Origin: Octopus sinensis
Taxonomy: Eukaryota
Length of the DNA stretch: 64,000 nt
Assembly: GCF_006345805.1 (NCBI RefSeq)
Contig: NC_043006.1
Coordinates: 99,944,001 to 100,008,000, forward strand
Direction of reading: 5' to 3'
How positions within the stretch are numbered: position 1 is the first letter of the stretch; the number at the start of each line of letters is the position of its first letter. The notes beneath the pieces are model-generated. The model ran no database searches, was not told the origin of the DNA, and saw only the letters and a program-made list of their open reading frames with translations. The translations under genes and the position numbers were made by a program. This document shows, piece after piece, positions 36,801 through 50,544 of this stretch.

Positions 36801-38029
36801 TATGTAATCTTCCATACCCATGTTTTTACATAGACGCTTCTATTATGGAAGTAAGTTATGTTCCTCATAACTTGTGCCTTGCGATTATATTTCAATATAA
36901 TATTACAAGTCAATTTGTTATTTTTATCATCAGTGCTGTTCTTTCTGCCGTCGCTGCGGTCGCTGCGCGTTTTTGTATTTAAGATTGACATAATATAATG
37001 ACAGCTGCATAAAACTAATGTGTTATGCATTCCGATTACGTTCATGAAAATTTGCTTTTCGAATGTAAATACATTTGAAAAGACAGCACGAGATCGATGC
37101 AGCTTTACAGAATAAAGATTATGTAAGCGTCATTCATGCCGTTATTGTTGCTGTCGGTTATATTGTTCGGTGTTATTTTCCCCGTTGTTGTGCATAGAAA
37201 ATTCTGACGATCGATGTACAATATTGATGTAGCGTTACCTGTTGCTTTTTCTGTGTATTACAAAATAAATATGTTATATGATTATTGTTGGTAATGACGT
37301 TCTTGCATTTCATTATTTAGCCCCAGGTCTACCCTGGTGGAGTATCCTGATAATCGATCTGCTATAGCTATAACCATCATATCGTTTTGGGACACATCAT
37401 ATAAATTTTAAAGAGAAGGTATGTGTGCGACTGAATGCGTGTGGCTAATTGGCTACGGTATGTGGCTCATGTTCAAGGTTGTATATTAAAATACTGGACC
37501 GGGCAGCGCATACATAGATGTAATTTGTAGACAGCGATATATGAAACAATGTTGCAAATAGTCGTCCGTTGAAATGGACACATGTTTTAGGCAACAGAGG
37601 CAGTATCAAGTTACAATAGCTATCTACGTATCATACTTAGTGTAAATATATCACAAAAATACATGTTAATGATGTTATTCGTCCACAGTCAAACAAACAC
37701 AGCACGCCCGTAAGAGGTATTATCTCCGCAACAATGACATAGTAAATTTGCTTTCGCATTGTCTTTACATACAGTATAAAACGTAGATGGTTCTTTAATT
37801 TGTTACGGATTCTGAGGTTATACAGTTTCATTGAACCGGCGCAATTTTGGGAACACTGCCGATTGTATTGATTCTTTATTCATTGTTTTACCTATTTATC
37901 GGTGGCGACTAATTTTGTCTAAGCATGCGTTTGCCTTGGAATACACGCTATTAATTAACACCGGTGATGCGGAGAAACACCAACTGTACTCAATAACCCC
38001 CTTCGGGGCCGATTTTCGCCTCCCTCTGG

Positions 38030-38127
<98 letters not shown>

Positions 38128-38149
38128 GTTTATGTTTATGGCGGACTGT

Positions 38150-38480
38150 CTTTTTTATAATTTATTGGTAGGAATTGTGTTAAATATAAAGTCTTGTAAT
38201 ATTTATGTTACCTACACGATTAGCATCGCTGTCAGCAATATCTTGAAGACCGTCTTCAATAAGTGTCCCCAATTTAACAATGATTTTCCGTCAAAATGAG
38301 TGGAGGTGGTTGAATCTTCATATTTACTATATTCAAATCTTGCTCTTGTACTAACAATATCAGTCCTTCCTTAGATAAGCTTTCTCTAAGGGATATTAGC
38401 AATACATCATTCTTTATGACTCTTTCAAATCCATGACTATCTGCAATTGTCACTATATCATTATTAATTTATAGTAGACT
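38150..38480 (-). mobile_element. pogo/Tigger transposase C-terminal remnant
   Basis: DIVTIADSHGFERV..NDV..RESLSKEGLILL.QEQ and LIEDGLQDIADSDAN resemble the acidic Tigger C-terminus. Confidence 0.5.
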
Positions 38481-38569
38481 GCCTGTTCCTGGTAAACGGA
38501 TAGAGACTGATCATAAATTTTTCTATCCATCCATCATTCATCATTAAGGTTGAAAGTTTCAATACATCA

Positions 38570-39690
38570 CATAATTCAGTACACGCGCACACATCCTCGA
38601 ACATCGCACTATCGCATGCAGGACGGTTTCCGTATCCTGCACGCATCTTAGGCAAGTCGGTGAAGCGGAGCAACCATGCCTTGCGAGCTTATCCCGGACA
38701 GGTAAGGTGCCTCAATAACATTGCCAGGCCAGGGATTTCTGGAAATTGTGCTGAGACCCGGGCCCGAATATTCTTTGGAACGGGCTTTTGAAATGATCAT
38801 TGCCTAGGGTCTTCCTAAGGTATCATTACATTTCGACTCAATTAACTTTCTATGGAATGACGCAGTTGGACCAGTACCACTGGCATATCTCGAGCGATAG
38901 AAAAGCACAAGAGCCTTTCGGTACTCCGTGTACCGAGTATCTAACGTAGATCTACGATAAACCCAGGATTACAGACCACAAAAGCGTGTGAACTTGGGAA
39001 ACGTCAATGTAGCGAGCGGGACCATACCCATTCACCACCCAGGTAGAGGAACAGATGCCTCTGCCTCAGCTTCAGCGCATGTCTGTGCATCATCAACTAC
39101 GGCATCCATAGCCCATCCTTTAACGGTTGTTGGCAGCAGAGAGAGCGCTTGAAAAATGGTCCATTGCCTTTCCACAAAAAGCAAAAGAGCAGTCGTTCCA
39201 ACGGGGTCAGCCACGAATCAGGAAAAGGCACGACGGTGAGGCGGTAAGTAATCACCGATGCGATAAACACATTGGCAACCTCTGCCCTCTCTTTCAGGGA
39301 TAGCCACCACCCAGACCAGGTCTGGATTAGGTGGGTCACGCTGCTTCATACCTTGCTCCAATTCTTCTCTATCTGGAGATCTTTTCCAAACCAGACCCCT
39401 AGCAGTTTAATCGGACCCTCAGTCCAACATCTCACGACGCTGTTAAGAGGTATCGCCTTGCCCCTCAGTGCCTTTCGAAGTAATGGCTCAAGAGACAATA
39501 CATACAAAAGTGGGGAGAAGGGGAACCCCCTTGGTGAACCGAGCGTTTGATGTAGAACTGCTTCGAGAGGAAACCTTTCACTCGAATGATCGAGTCGGTG
39601 TTGCCAAACATGGCGATGATCCAGGTACGGAATTCCGAACTCAAGCCGAATGCCTCGAGGACCGACACCACGTACTGATGGTCAACCCTA
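38570..39690 (-). mobile_element. L1/Tx1-clade ORF2 3' half, internally deleted
   Basis: FDRVDHQYVVSVLEAFG, RSVHQGGSPSP, LSLKERAEVANVFI, and zf-RVT AWQCY*GTLPVRDKLARHG..TCLRC..ETVLHAIVRC. Confidence 0.85.
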
Positions 39691-39849
39691 TCAAACGACT
39701 ACGATTAACATTATTGATTTTAGATTTACTTAGATTTATTATTCTAGATTTGTTATTATTACCAGGTCCTACATTAGGGTAGTTACTAGCGTTAGAGTTC
39801 TTATTGGATGGACATTTTATATTACTTCAATTTATAGAAGCTATATTAG

Positions 39850-41200
39850 ATCCTAGATTAGTCATCGCAGAGTAGGAGAATTTTATCGAAGATATATTAC
39901 AAATTGAGTAATACTTGTGGTGCATTGGAAAATTAGCCTTCAACATCTTGAAAAACACCTTAAGCAAGTTCTTAACGCTATGAGAATAAAAGGGGGTGCA
40001 AGCCTGACTATTATATTTATTATTAGATTGTTTTCCATGAGGTATGATATGATTACCATATGGCTCATTTATATCTATGTTTGTTAATACAGGGTTTGCG
40101 CTGATAGTTTTAGGGGATAAAGTTAGGAGATATATTTGCTAATGTTCTTTTAACTTTTGTGTTAGATATGTAAGAAATTTGATCATTAAAACCACTTAGT
40201 TTCAAGGCATTATTGTTAAATGAGGCATGTTGATTAAAGATCTCATTGGTAGGATAAATTGAGATGCTAATGGAAAGAGCAATAACGATACTATTGGTAA
40301 TTAATCTAGGATGGTTCAATATATTGCAGCGATTGATTAGGTCTTCAAAATGGGTAGTATAATCCAGTACTAAGGTCCAATGTTACGTTCAGAAAGTGAA
40401 CTACATTAGAATTAGAATCAAAAATTGTTTTAAGGTTGAAAAAATCTGACAAAAGTTTCCTAACGGTTTCTTTTAAACTTTTTTACCGCCGGTTTAGATA
40501 GGCCATGGGTAGTAAGGAGTGCATCGTCCCTATAAAGACCTCCAGACTCATTTGGGAAGCTACGTTTAATTTGCCACAGGCAATATAGGCACACAAAATC
40601 AGTCACCTGTGCTGAATCGGCCGACCCCATAATTATATCAAAGTAGCCCGTATATTCAGATCTAAACCAGTTATGCTCATTAAATTAATAATGGTCTTTC
40701 TGGCTGCCAAGATTATATCAATATCTGGTCTAGGGATATTCGTAAAACTGCGAGCAAAAATCAAGGCTTTCTTTAAAAGAATAGGAGATATGGAGGCGTA
40801 ATGGTTCGAAACATCAAACTGAATAAAATGGATACGCTGCTTATCTTCGAGGGAGTAATTACATCGCTGATAGAGTACCACAAAGGGGGTTTGACCTTAT
40901 TTTAACGAAAAGTATAATCCTAACGATAATGCATTTGTTAACTTTGCCAAAATCAGATTGGGCAAATTAGCCGAATAGAAGTTTTAGATTGGAAATTTAG
41001 ATTGCGGTCCCTTAAGATGCAGTGAGGGGTTTTCGGTATGTATGATTGAGTTCTGTTCTGTAGCTTCAAGTTTGAGAGAAGATTTTAATGGATGGTGTTA
41101 ATATCGTCCATTGCGTATTTGTAATTGGTATTTAATTCCTTAAGCATTAGATCATTATAGATATCCAACGGCACAGAGTTAATATTTCCGGTTTTATCAG
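39850..41200 (-). mobile_element. Penelope-like RT remnant
   Basis: QSDFGKVNK, FIQFDVSNHYASISPILLKKALIFA, FDIIMGSADSAQVTDFVCLY..GLYRDDAL, NHPRLI. Confidence 0.85.
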
Positions 41201-42390
41201 ATAATACATGTAAGTCCGGAGAAGGTATTGTTTTTAAGATGTTTTCCGAAAATGTTTATATATAGTAATAGATATGAATGTATCTATTTATATGTACACA
41301 TATATGCATGTATGTTTGTATGTATGTATGTACGTATTTTGAATTCCTTATTCAGTACATGTATGGAAGTGCGATTGCTAGCACTTTTTCATAAACTTTC
41401 ATTATCTGGGGAATAGTTCGTCATTTTCTTGTCTAAATGGCACTAATGAAATTCAGCATATATCACGTTCCACACATACCACGTTCAATTCGAGCCCATG
41501 TTTAAGTAATTAGAAATGGAGTTTTAATTTATTTGATATTCTAAATCTCTAATGCTGAAAGAGTTTAATACGTAGAATCATCAGGATATATGTAGAGACC
41601 GGAGTTTCGGGTGGTGAATCAATGTTAATACATGTGAAAACAGCAGGGCTACACCGCAATCCTTTATACCTCCGTCACTTATTAAGATGCGGAAATATCT
41701 AAAATATAATGTTTTATGCCCAGTTGCTCAACATTTTAAAACAGCAGACAATAAAGTAACGTCGCTTTGAACGGGAATAGTAAAATTGACGAGAATGACT
41801 CGATAAATCTGTATTTGTTGCAGATCACACGTCCCGAGGGATTAGATATACAATCTGACTTAGATACTTTAGTTTTTTTTTCAAATTTTATTTTGAATGT
41901 TAATAATCATCCTGCTTATATATTCTTTGTTCTAATTTACATGGATCCACACACACGCACGCACGTGCACATCCAACACCCAACCCCACATGCACATACA
42001 CATACACTCACACAGACATACACATGCACATTCATATGTGTGCTCTAAAAAGCATCCAAACACTACCGTCACTCCACACAGAAAAACAATTACACACACA
42101 CACACACACATATACACAGTTTGCAAATCTAGTATCGAAGATGTTACTGGATATCCGTTTTTGTTGGGTCTATAGATTATATACCAACTCAAATTTACTA
42201 AAGTATAATATGAACGTCGTTTCTTCATTCTTAAATTACAAATTGCAGCAATAACTTAAAGGTTTTACCTTCAAAGTTTGTAAAACGTTCCTAAGATTCA
42301 ATGGATGAACACACACACACACACACACACATACACACACACACACACAAGCATAGACGCCTGTGCACACGTGTATGTATGTATGTATGT

Positions 42391-42944
42391 CAGGTCACTT
42401 TCGAGTGCTACTGTTAACATGTAACCCAGTACAACCTGTTGCATGGTCGGGTCGTCGGTGACTAAACCGGCAACCCTACCAAGCTTACTTGGTTAGGAGG
42501 GTGTTTATTGGACACCCTGCGGAATGAAAAAGAAACCCCGTCAAAGGGCGGAGGAACTTTTGAGAGTCAACGGCCATCCAATAAATTTCTTAAGGCTGTA
42601 TCATGCGTGGGGACATGGAAATAATCGGACTGAATACCCGATCGCGCGGTTAAACCATTGAGAGTGAAGGACTCCTAGCCTTTGTTAGGGCATCCTTCTT
42701 GGAGAAGGTAACTCAGGTAACTGGGATAACTCCGACATAAAACCTGCGGCTCAGTGGGTTACCGATGATGTTGACTTGTTCTTCTTTTCGGATTTTGGCT
42801 GCTGTTGCTTAGTGAGTGGGATTGACTCAGTGCACAGCCTTTCCTCACTATAAAAAAATATCTTCTTGCATAGGCATTGCACGATAACAACATTGATTAA
42901 GGTCCGTGCAGTAGCCATACTCGATACGAGGGGGTAGCCACCAC
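42391..42944 (+). mobile_element. ~550-bp non-coding element resembling an RTE-clade 5'UTR derivative, inside (TATG)n
   Basis: GC-richer island with GGAGAAGGTAACTC...AAACC motif and two hairpins; (TATG)n on both sides. Family assignment from memory only. Confidence 0.45.
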
Positions 42945-43319
42945 ATGCATGTATGTATGTATGTAAACACGATCTTCATATTATATATGGTCATATATAT
43001 TTATCACGTAGCTATCTGACGAAATAGAGACACTGGTAGAACAGACGTTCAAATCAAAGTACGTTCCGGAGTAGATTGCGTCCACTGAAAACGTTCAACG
43101 CAGTGTTTTAACATTGTTGATGTCCAATGAATAAAATCAGTGAATGAGTAAAATAAATCTTGGCTCATACTACACAGATTGTTTACTACGGCAGCTGTCT
43201 TGCGTCTTTTTTATATATCTGGGTATTTATATTCCTAGATTATTTTAGTATTCATTTAAGACAAACACACAGGCGCACATACACACCCGGAAAGCTTACA
43301 ATCTTCCACACCACAGAAA

Positions 43320-43327
43320 TGTATGTC

Positions 43328-43360
<33 letters not shown>

Positions 43361-43398
43361 TATATATATTATATATATTATATATATATATATATGTA

Positions 43399-43436
<38 letters not shown>

Positions 43437-43733
43437 ATGAGAGGAAGAGAGAGAGAAAGGAAAACGTATATATAGACATATAATACACAAACACATATAT
43501 ATCCGTACTTACACACATATACATCCATACAATTATATATTGTCTTTCTCATTTTGTAATTCCTTAACTTTTCTCATATATTAATAAACTCTAACTGTTA
43601 CATCAGTAATAAATATATATAAATACACGTACACAATTGCGCAAATATATCTATGTATGTGTTTGTGTTCATTTATATGTGTATGTGTATTAGTTACACA
43701 CCTACACATACGCACACATATATTTGCATATGA

Positions 43734-43808
<75 letters not shown>

Positions 43809-43830
43809 CTGTGCGTGTATGTACGTATGT
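43320..43830. repeat. (TA)n-dominated microsatellite cluster
   Basis: Seen directly. Confidence 0.9.
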
Positions 43831-44660
43831 ATGTATACAGCAGCAAATGAAGTAGCAAAGAGTAAATAGGAGATGGAGAGAAATAATAACTTGGAATAGA
43901 TTAAACCTAACGAAATGAAGTTCCTAATCTTCAAATCGAATAATACGATTTATTAATGGAGTCTAAAAATACGTCATATTAATAGAGTTCGAAATTATCA
44001 ATGTTGGAAGCGACAGCAACTATTTTCAGTTTTCAATTGTTGGTAATAGACCGTTGCAGAGTCAATTAGCAGCAAAAACACTTTCCTCACATTAAATTTG
44101 AATTGATAAAACATGGTGAATTCATTTCAGTACTCTCTGCTTTCCTCTGATGGCATGTAAACTATATATATGACCGATATAAAATTCAACGTAGACTGTT
44201 GGTTGAGCGCGTCTTACAGAGCTAGATATATAGAACACTGCAAATGCTATTTACTTTATATATTTTAGCTGGAGAGATGTCCAGCATTGATGTTCCCCAT
44301 AAGATCCCCGATGCTCGTGAAACTGAAGCCATTAATATTATTATTATTTAAGATCTGCATATGGACAGGACAGTACAAGACATGCAATTTCAGAGTTTTT
44401 GATAGTTTGCCATATTCTGGGTTGGAATGAATGAATGTAGTGGATATTGCAGCCCCAACAACAGAGTAATAGCTAAAAGACAAGTGAAAAAATCAACAAA
44501 AACTTTCATGACATAATTTTTTTTACTTCCTTATTTTAATTCCTTTTTATTACAATGTATTCGACTGAGCGTTTGTTTTAATTTATTTTGAGTTCTAACT
44601 CCAGGTTATTATTACTGCTAAGCATGGGCGAAATATGATACACCCTGACAGCCCTACATA

Positions 44661-45947
44661 CGAGGGGCGTTCAATAAGTAATACCCTTGACCCACTTCCC
44701 ATATCAGTAGAGCAACGGAACTTGGCACAGTTATTGGTCTTTTTCTACATAGGAAGCACTCAGAGTTACGCATTTCTCCCATCGTTTGATCCAGCTCTGG
44801 AGACCGTTTTTGTAAAAGACCCCAGCTTGGTCCTCCATCCACGACGTGACTTTAGAAATCAAGGCTGCATCATCTGGGAAATGCTTTTCTTTTCAAAAAC
44901 AACTTCATGGCTGGGATAGGTGAAAATCAGAGGGTGCAAGGTCAGAAGAGTAGGGGGTGGGGGAGGAGTTCATAGCCGCACGCCTGTGCTTCTGATCTGG
45001 CGACAAGCGAGTTGTGGACCGGAGCGTTGTCCTGCAGGAGGATGCCTTCGCTGATCTTGCCCCGCCTCTTGATTTTGATAGCTTCTCTTAATTTCCTCAA
45101 AAGTGAAGCATAATAGGCTCCTGTAATTGTGGTACCCTTTGCCAGGAAATCTATCATCACTACTCCGTCCTGGTCCCAGAAGACTGTGAGCATGACCTTG
45201 CCAGCAGAGGGCTGCACCCTTGCCTTCTTTGGAGGAGGTGAGTCACGGTGTTTCCACTGCATTGACTGGGCTTTGGTCTCTGGATCATAGTGATGGACCC
45301 AGGTTTCATCCTGTGGAATCAGTCTTTTGAAAAAGTTTGACTCATCTTCTTGGTACGTCTCCAAATTCATCCTCGAGCACTCGACGCGTTCTTGCTTCTG
45401 GAAAGGTATGAGCAACCTGGGAATCCATCTGGCAGACACCTTTTGCATATAAATATGGTCATGAATGATAGTTTCCACTGACCCGGTACTAATCTTGACC
45501 TCATGGGCTATTTGGCGAATAGTTATGCGTCGATCTTCCAAAATGGCAGCCTCAAGTTGACGAACAGATGCCTCATCAATGGCAGAAGGGGGTCGACCAG
45601 ATCTGGGAGCTGTTTCCACAGAGTTCCGACAATGTTTGAATTCACGATGCCAGCGTTTTACAAGGTCATATGATGGGGCATCATCACCATAAGTTACTTT
45701 CATTTCATGAAAAGTCTCCCATGGTGTGCGTCCTTTCAAATGTAAAAACCGGATCACTGCTCGACACTCAACAGGCTCCATTTCAAACTTGACTCAGTTC
45801 AAACACCTGTAAATCAGAAACCATAAATACTTCAGAGCTGTAATTTGCCACCTAATCCTTAGAGATATAAGTAATTGCCCATGCAAAATATCAACTAGAT
45901 CAAACACCTGGAAGTGGGTCAGAGGCATTACTTATTGAACGTCCCTC

Positions 45948-45948
<1 letters not shown>
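44661..45948 (-). mobile_element. Full-length mariner (DD34D, irritans-like), 1288 bp, ~39-bp TIRs, TA duplication
   Basis: TA|CGAGGGGCGTTCAATAAGTAAT.. and ..ATTACTTATTGAACGTCCCTCG|TA. Confidence 0.95.
44729..45781 (-). pseudogene. Mariner transposase; 279 aa open, then frameshifts in the C-terminal region
   Basis: RSGRP, WIPRLL, QDETWV, QDNAPVH; YSSDLAPSDF lies in another frame after a C-rich run at ~44950-44965. Confidence 0.92.
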
Positions 45949-46021
<73 letters not shown>

Positions 46022-46025
46022 ATAT

Positions 46026-46108
<83 letters not shown>

Positions 46109-46116
46109 CATATATA

Positions 46117-46163
<47 letters not shown>

Positions 46164-46180
46164 TATATGCATGTACATAT
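45949..46180. repeat. Long (TA)n tract adjoining the mariner end
   Basis: Seen directly. Confidence 0.95.
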
Positions 46181-46648
46181 GCATAAGTAAATTGTTACAC
46201 CCCACTTGAAGAGAAGCATGTTACTACAGCAAAGTTAAAATATTCTACTCTCTGCTAGAGACTTCTGTTTAGAGTGTAAGTTCATTCATATCTTCCATAG
46301 AAGTCCAGTTAAACTATCTTTTCTACGAACATACCAACCTAATGAAACGCAAAACATATCCTCCTGAAATATGACTAATGTTAATAGAACAGTGAATATT
46401 AGTGAAGCCTACAGTTCGAAGTGCCTGTATAAATCGGTAAAAATTATCCCGTTAACGTGAAACTCTGGGAAATCATATGCTATCTATCGCGTTGTTATAT
46501 ATCAAGTTGTGGCATCTCACAACTTTGACCATTCAGGACACATAGGAAAGATGAACACGACTACATTATAAAGATACTGGTGTTTAAAAGATTCAAGCGT
46601 ATACTTTGCCCTGGAGGGGACATTATTGGCTGAAACCACACCACAGAG

Positions 46649-46983
46649 TGACAAGTTACAAAGCGCCGTCTTTGTACTGAGGAAATAGAAAACTTCTCTT
46701 TGTAAATAGAGACCTTCAAATTAGACATCTAAGAAAATAACATTGTACAAGAATAACCAAAAGAATAACCAAGAGCGACCAAAAATGTAAACCATTATAT
46801 GACGCCGGATAGAAGATAGCTATCTTCTATCCGGCGTCATATAATGGTTTACATTTTTGGTCGCTCTTGGAGATGTTATTCTTGTACAATGTTATTTTCT
46901 TAGATGTCTAATTTGAAGGTCTCTATTTACAGAGAGAAGTTTTCTATTTCCTCGGTACAAAGACTGCACTTTGTAACTTGTCA
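46649..46983. repeat. 335-bp fold-back with a perfect spacerless 102-bp core palindrome (46769-46870)
   Basis: ..GACGCCGGATAGAAGATAG|CTATCTTCTATCCGGCGTC..; outer arms show a few substitutions and a short duplication. Confidence 0.95.
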
Positions 46984-47534
46984 TATATTTAGAAACATAT
47001 ATATATATCATATATATACTGCAGGTTTATTACAAATATTACACACCCCATATAAACAATATTCATTCAACATATTAAAACACATTGTATACCACAAGAA
47101 AAACATGAAGAGGAAAGCCTTGCAAATACCTTGAACAGTATCCAGCATTACATAGAGAGACCTCTATTTCTTTACATGTGTATAATATAGCAATACATTA
47201 ACAAATAATAAAATACCTCTTTCTCATTTGAATAAACAAACGTTAACTATATGGACACTTGGTACGTTTTATCTGTCTGATTTCTGCAGCCCTAATAATA
47301 TGATTAAATCGTATAATCCGATATTATCTTCTCATTCACATTTCTATCATATCTTTAGCATCATCACAATCAGCATCACTATCGCTCTTATAGTATTCAT
47401 CTTTACTTACTCCTGCGTCAGCGACGTAGCTAAAACTGCTATCAACATTATTACATTATTAATAATTAACCATTAGTAATTATTAGGAATTCTAAAACAC
47501 CAATCCTATTATGAATGGTAAACACACAAAAGTA

Positions 47535-47552
47535 TGTATATATGTATACATA

Positions 47553-47609
<57 letters not shown>

Positions 47610-47636
47610 ATATATATATATATATAATATATATTA

Positions 47637-47667
<31 letters not shown>

Positions 47668-47694
47668 ATATATATATATAAATAATTATATTTA

Positions 47695-47733
<39 letters not shown>

Positions 47734-47778
47734 GAGTGTGTGTGTGTGTGTGTGGGTGTGTGTGTGTGTCTGTGCGTG
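47535..47778. repeat. (TA)n(TG)n microsatellite
   Basis: Seen directly. Confidence 0.95.
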
Positions 47779-48084
47779 TGTGGAGGCGCAATGGCCTAGT
47801 GGTTAGGGCAGCGGACTCGCGGTCGCAGGATCGCAGTTTCGATTTCCAGACCGGGCGTCGTGTGTTTATTAAGCGAAAACACCTAAAAGCTCCACGAGGC
47901 TCCGGCAGGAGATGGTGATCGCTGCTGTACTCTTTCACCACTCTTTCTCCCACTCTTTCTTCTGTTGGCCTGCTCGCTTAGCCAGCGGGGTGGCGTCATT
48001 CGAAGGCTAATACAATGCGAACGCATTGTGACCAGCGATGTGTAACAACATCTGACGGTCTGGTCGGTCACTTGATCGCGTGAT
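47779..48084 (+). mobile_element. tRNA-derived SINE family C
   Basis: TGGCCTAGTGGTTAGG A-box-like, GTTTCGATTTCC B-box-like, then GTGTTTATTAAGCGAAAACACCT. Confidence 0.8.
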
Positions 48085-48409
48085 ATATATATGTATATAC
48101 TTACATATAACTGGATTATCATGTTCTTATTTATCGTCGTTAGTATGGCTGCATCTCAATTAATATTTTGCTAGTATTTAGAAAGATCGATGCTAAAAAA
48201 GAGTTGTCATTGTCATCATTATTTTCACGATCATTTCAATTGATTAATATTTCTAATAATATTTATCGTAAGAATATAGTAATAATATTAATTTTTGATA
48301 TTATTCACATATCAGTGGAAACAAGACAACTTATGCCTTTAATAGTATGATGAAGGCGAATATAATTAATTTCATATAGCAAACGCAAAACGCATGACGT
48401 TAATATATA

Positions 48410-48416
48410 TCATATA

Positions 48417-48459
<43 letters not shown>

Positions 48460-48568
48460 GATATATATAATATTATATATATATATATAGATATATATAC
48501 TATATATATATATATATATAGATATAGATAGATAGATATATAGATAGATAGATAGATAGATAGATATG

Positions 48569-48641
<73 letters not shown>

Positions 48642-49180
48642 GTGTATGAGCGTGTGTGTTTGCGAATGTATGTGTGTACTAATTTCATATTTATTATTGT
48701 TCGTGTCTATAATAAATTAATATTTATCGATATCATTTATTTTTGTATGACCATTATAATCAGCTTAATAGCCGGCGATGATTTCTTAAATATATTAGAC
48801 CTAATATTTATGTGCGTATGTATGTATGTATGTGTATATATATAATATATATATGTGTGTGTGTCTGTGTATATATTTATGTATATATATAAAATTTATG
48901 TAATATATGTGTATGTGTATTTGTATATAGATATATATATATATATATATATATCTATAATATATATATATGTATGTATATATATATATATATTTACACA
49001 CACACTTGGGTACATACAGTATATTAAATATATGTATGGTATGTATATATACACACGCACACATTCGTACATACATGTATCTCATTGATGTATATATATA
49101 TAGTATATATATATGATATATATAATGTGTGTGTGTGTGTGTGTGTGTATATATACATATATATATATGTATATATATAA
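48410..49180. repeat. (TA)n, (TAGA)n and (TG)n microsatellite cluster
   Basis: Seen directly. Confidence 0.9.
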
Positions 49181-49319
49181 ATATTTTCAATATTTGTTTT
49201 CGTTCAGAGTATGGTTGGTTTTCTACTTGTATGTTGAGGTTGTATTTCATTGGGGCACATTCATTCTGTGTATTTTGTGTGCTATGTGTGCTCACGTTTA
49301 GGAAAGGGGCTAACCTGAT

Positions 49320-50493
49320 AGCATTATCCTGGTTTATAGGGGTTTTCTTTGATATATTTGAGTGCAAAATATTGCTTGTGTACGCAGGGAGAAATCCTTT
49401 CATCCCTAATATTTAAGATGTTATCTGTTGTTTGAACAACGTTTAATTTTTCAGTAATACAGAGTTCGCATCTGGTACACCGTCATGTTTCTTTTGGGGC
49501 TTTAACAATGATTTTCCATTCCATCTGGTGGTTGCTTATTCAACCTTCTTTCAATGTCCATATCATATTTGAAAGGAATGTCGTATGTCTTTCGTTGTCT
49601 CTGAATGACACAAGTTTTTGTATATACCTTTGCCTGTCATTCCGATATACATCGTTGCTGTTCCGTTGGGGTCCGACATCTTGGCCATGTATGCGAATTC
49701 TTTCTTGTGACAGTTGTTGTTCAGAAGTTAGTGGTTTGGGGTATGTAGTTGTATTATCTTTCTGGAGTGTTTCTGGTGTGTTTGTGCTTATTGTGATTAA
49801 GTACTATTGCTCCTATATTGGGGAAACAACTATAGTTAACTTTAACAGTGTTTCTGTTGAACAGCTTGTGGTACTTGTGTGGAAGTGGAAAGTGTTTGTC
49901 AATTCGTTTTAAGAATTTCCTATTTAGGTTACTAGCTACATTCATGCTATATGGTGGGTTGAACCATAAGATTTTCCTCTGTCTGTGTCTTCTTGGTCTA
50001 TTTATATTTGGGTCAATGTAGTGTATGCTATTCTTCAAGTTGGACATTTCTAATGCGGTATTATAAAATGGGCGGCATTTTCAAAAGTACGTTTATCGAC
50101 GGATAAATTGAAGACCCGCCTGCTAATATTGTTAATTATTTGCTTAATTACAGCTGGTGGCTGGTTGGAACCTACGCCTATGTACGAGGCTTCCTCATTT
50201 TCTTTGTTGCAGGGTTTCACTTTTCCAGTTCAGATTCATGTTAATGTCTAGGAAGTTGACTTCTTTATGGTTTCTACTAATTGTGGTTCTTAGGCCTAAT
50301 TAGCTAAACATTTTGCATAATAGTTTCCCTATTCTATAGGCGCAGGAGTGGCTGTGTGGTAAGTGGCTGTGTGGTTCAGTCCCACTGCGTGGAATCTTGG
50401 GCAAGTAACTTCTGCTATAGCCTCGGGCCGACCAATGCCTTTTGAGTGGATTTGGTAGACGGAAACTGAAAGAAGCATGTCGGATATATATAT

Positions 50494-50544
<51 letters not shown>

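Noticed and set aside
47779-47860. tRNA-like 5' ends of SINE copies
   Set aside because: They have A/B boxes but no full cloverleaf and continue into SINE body sequence, so they are not tRNA genes.
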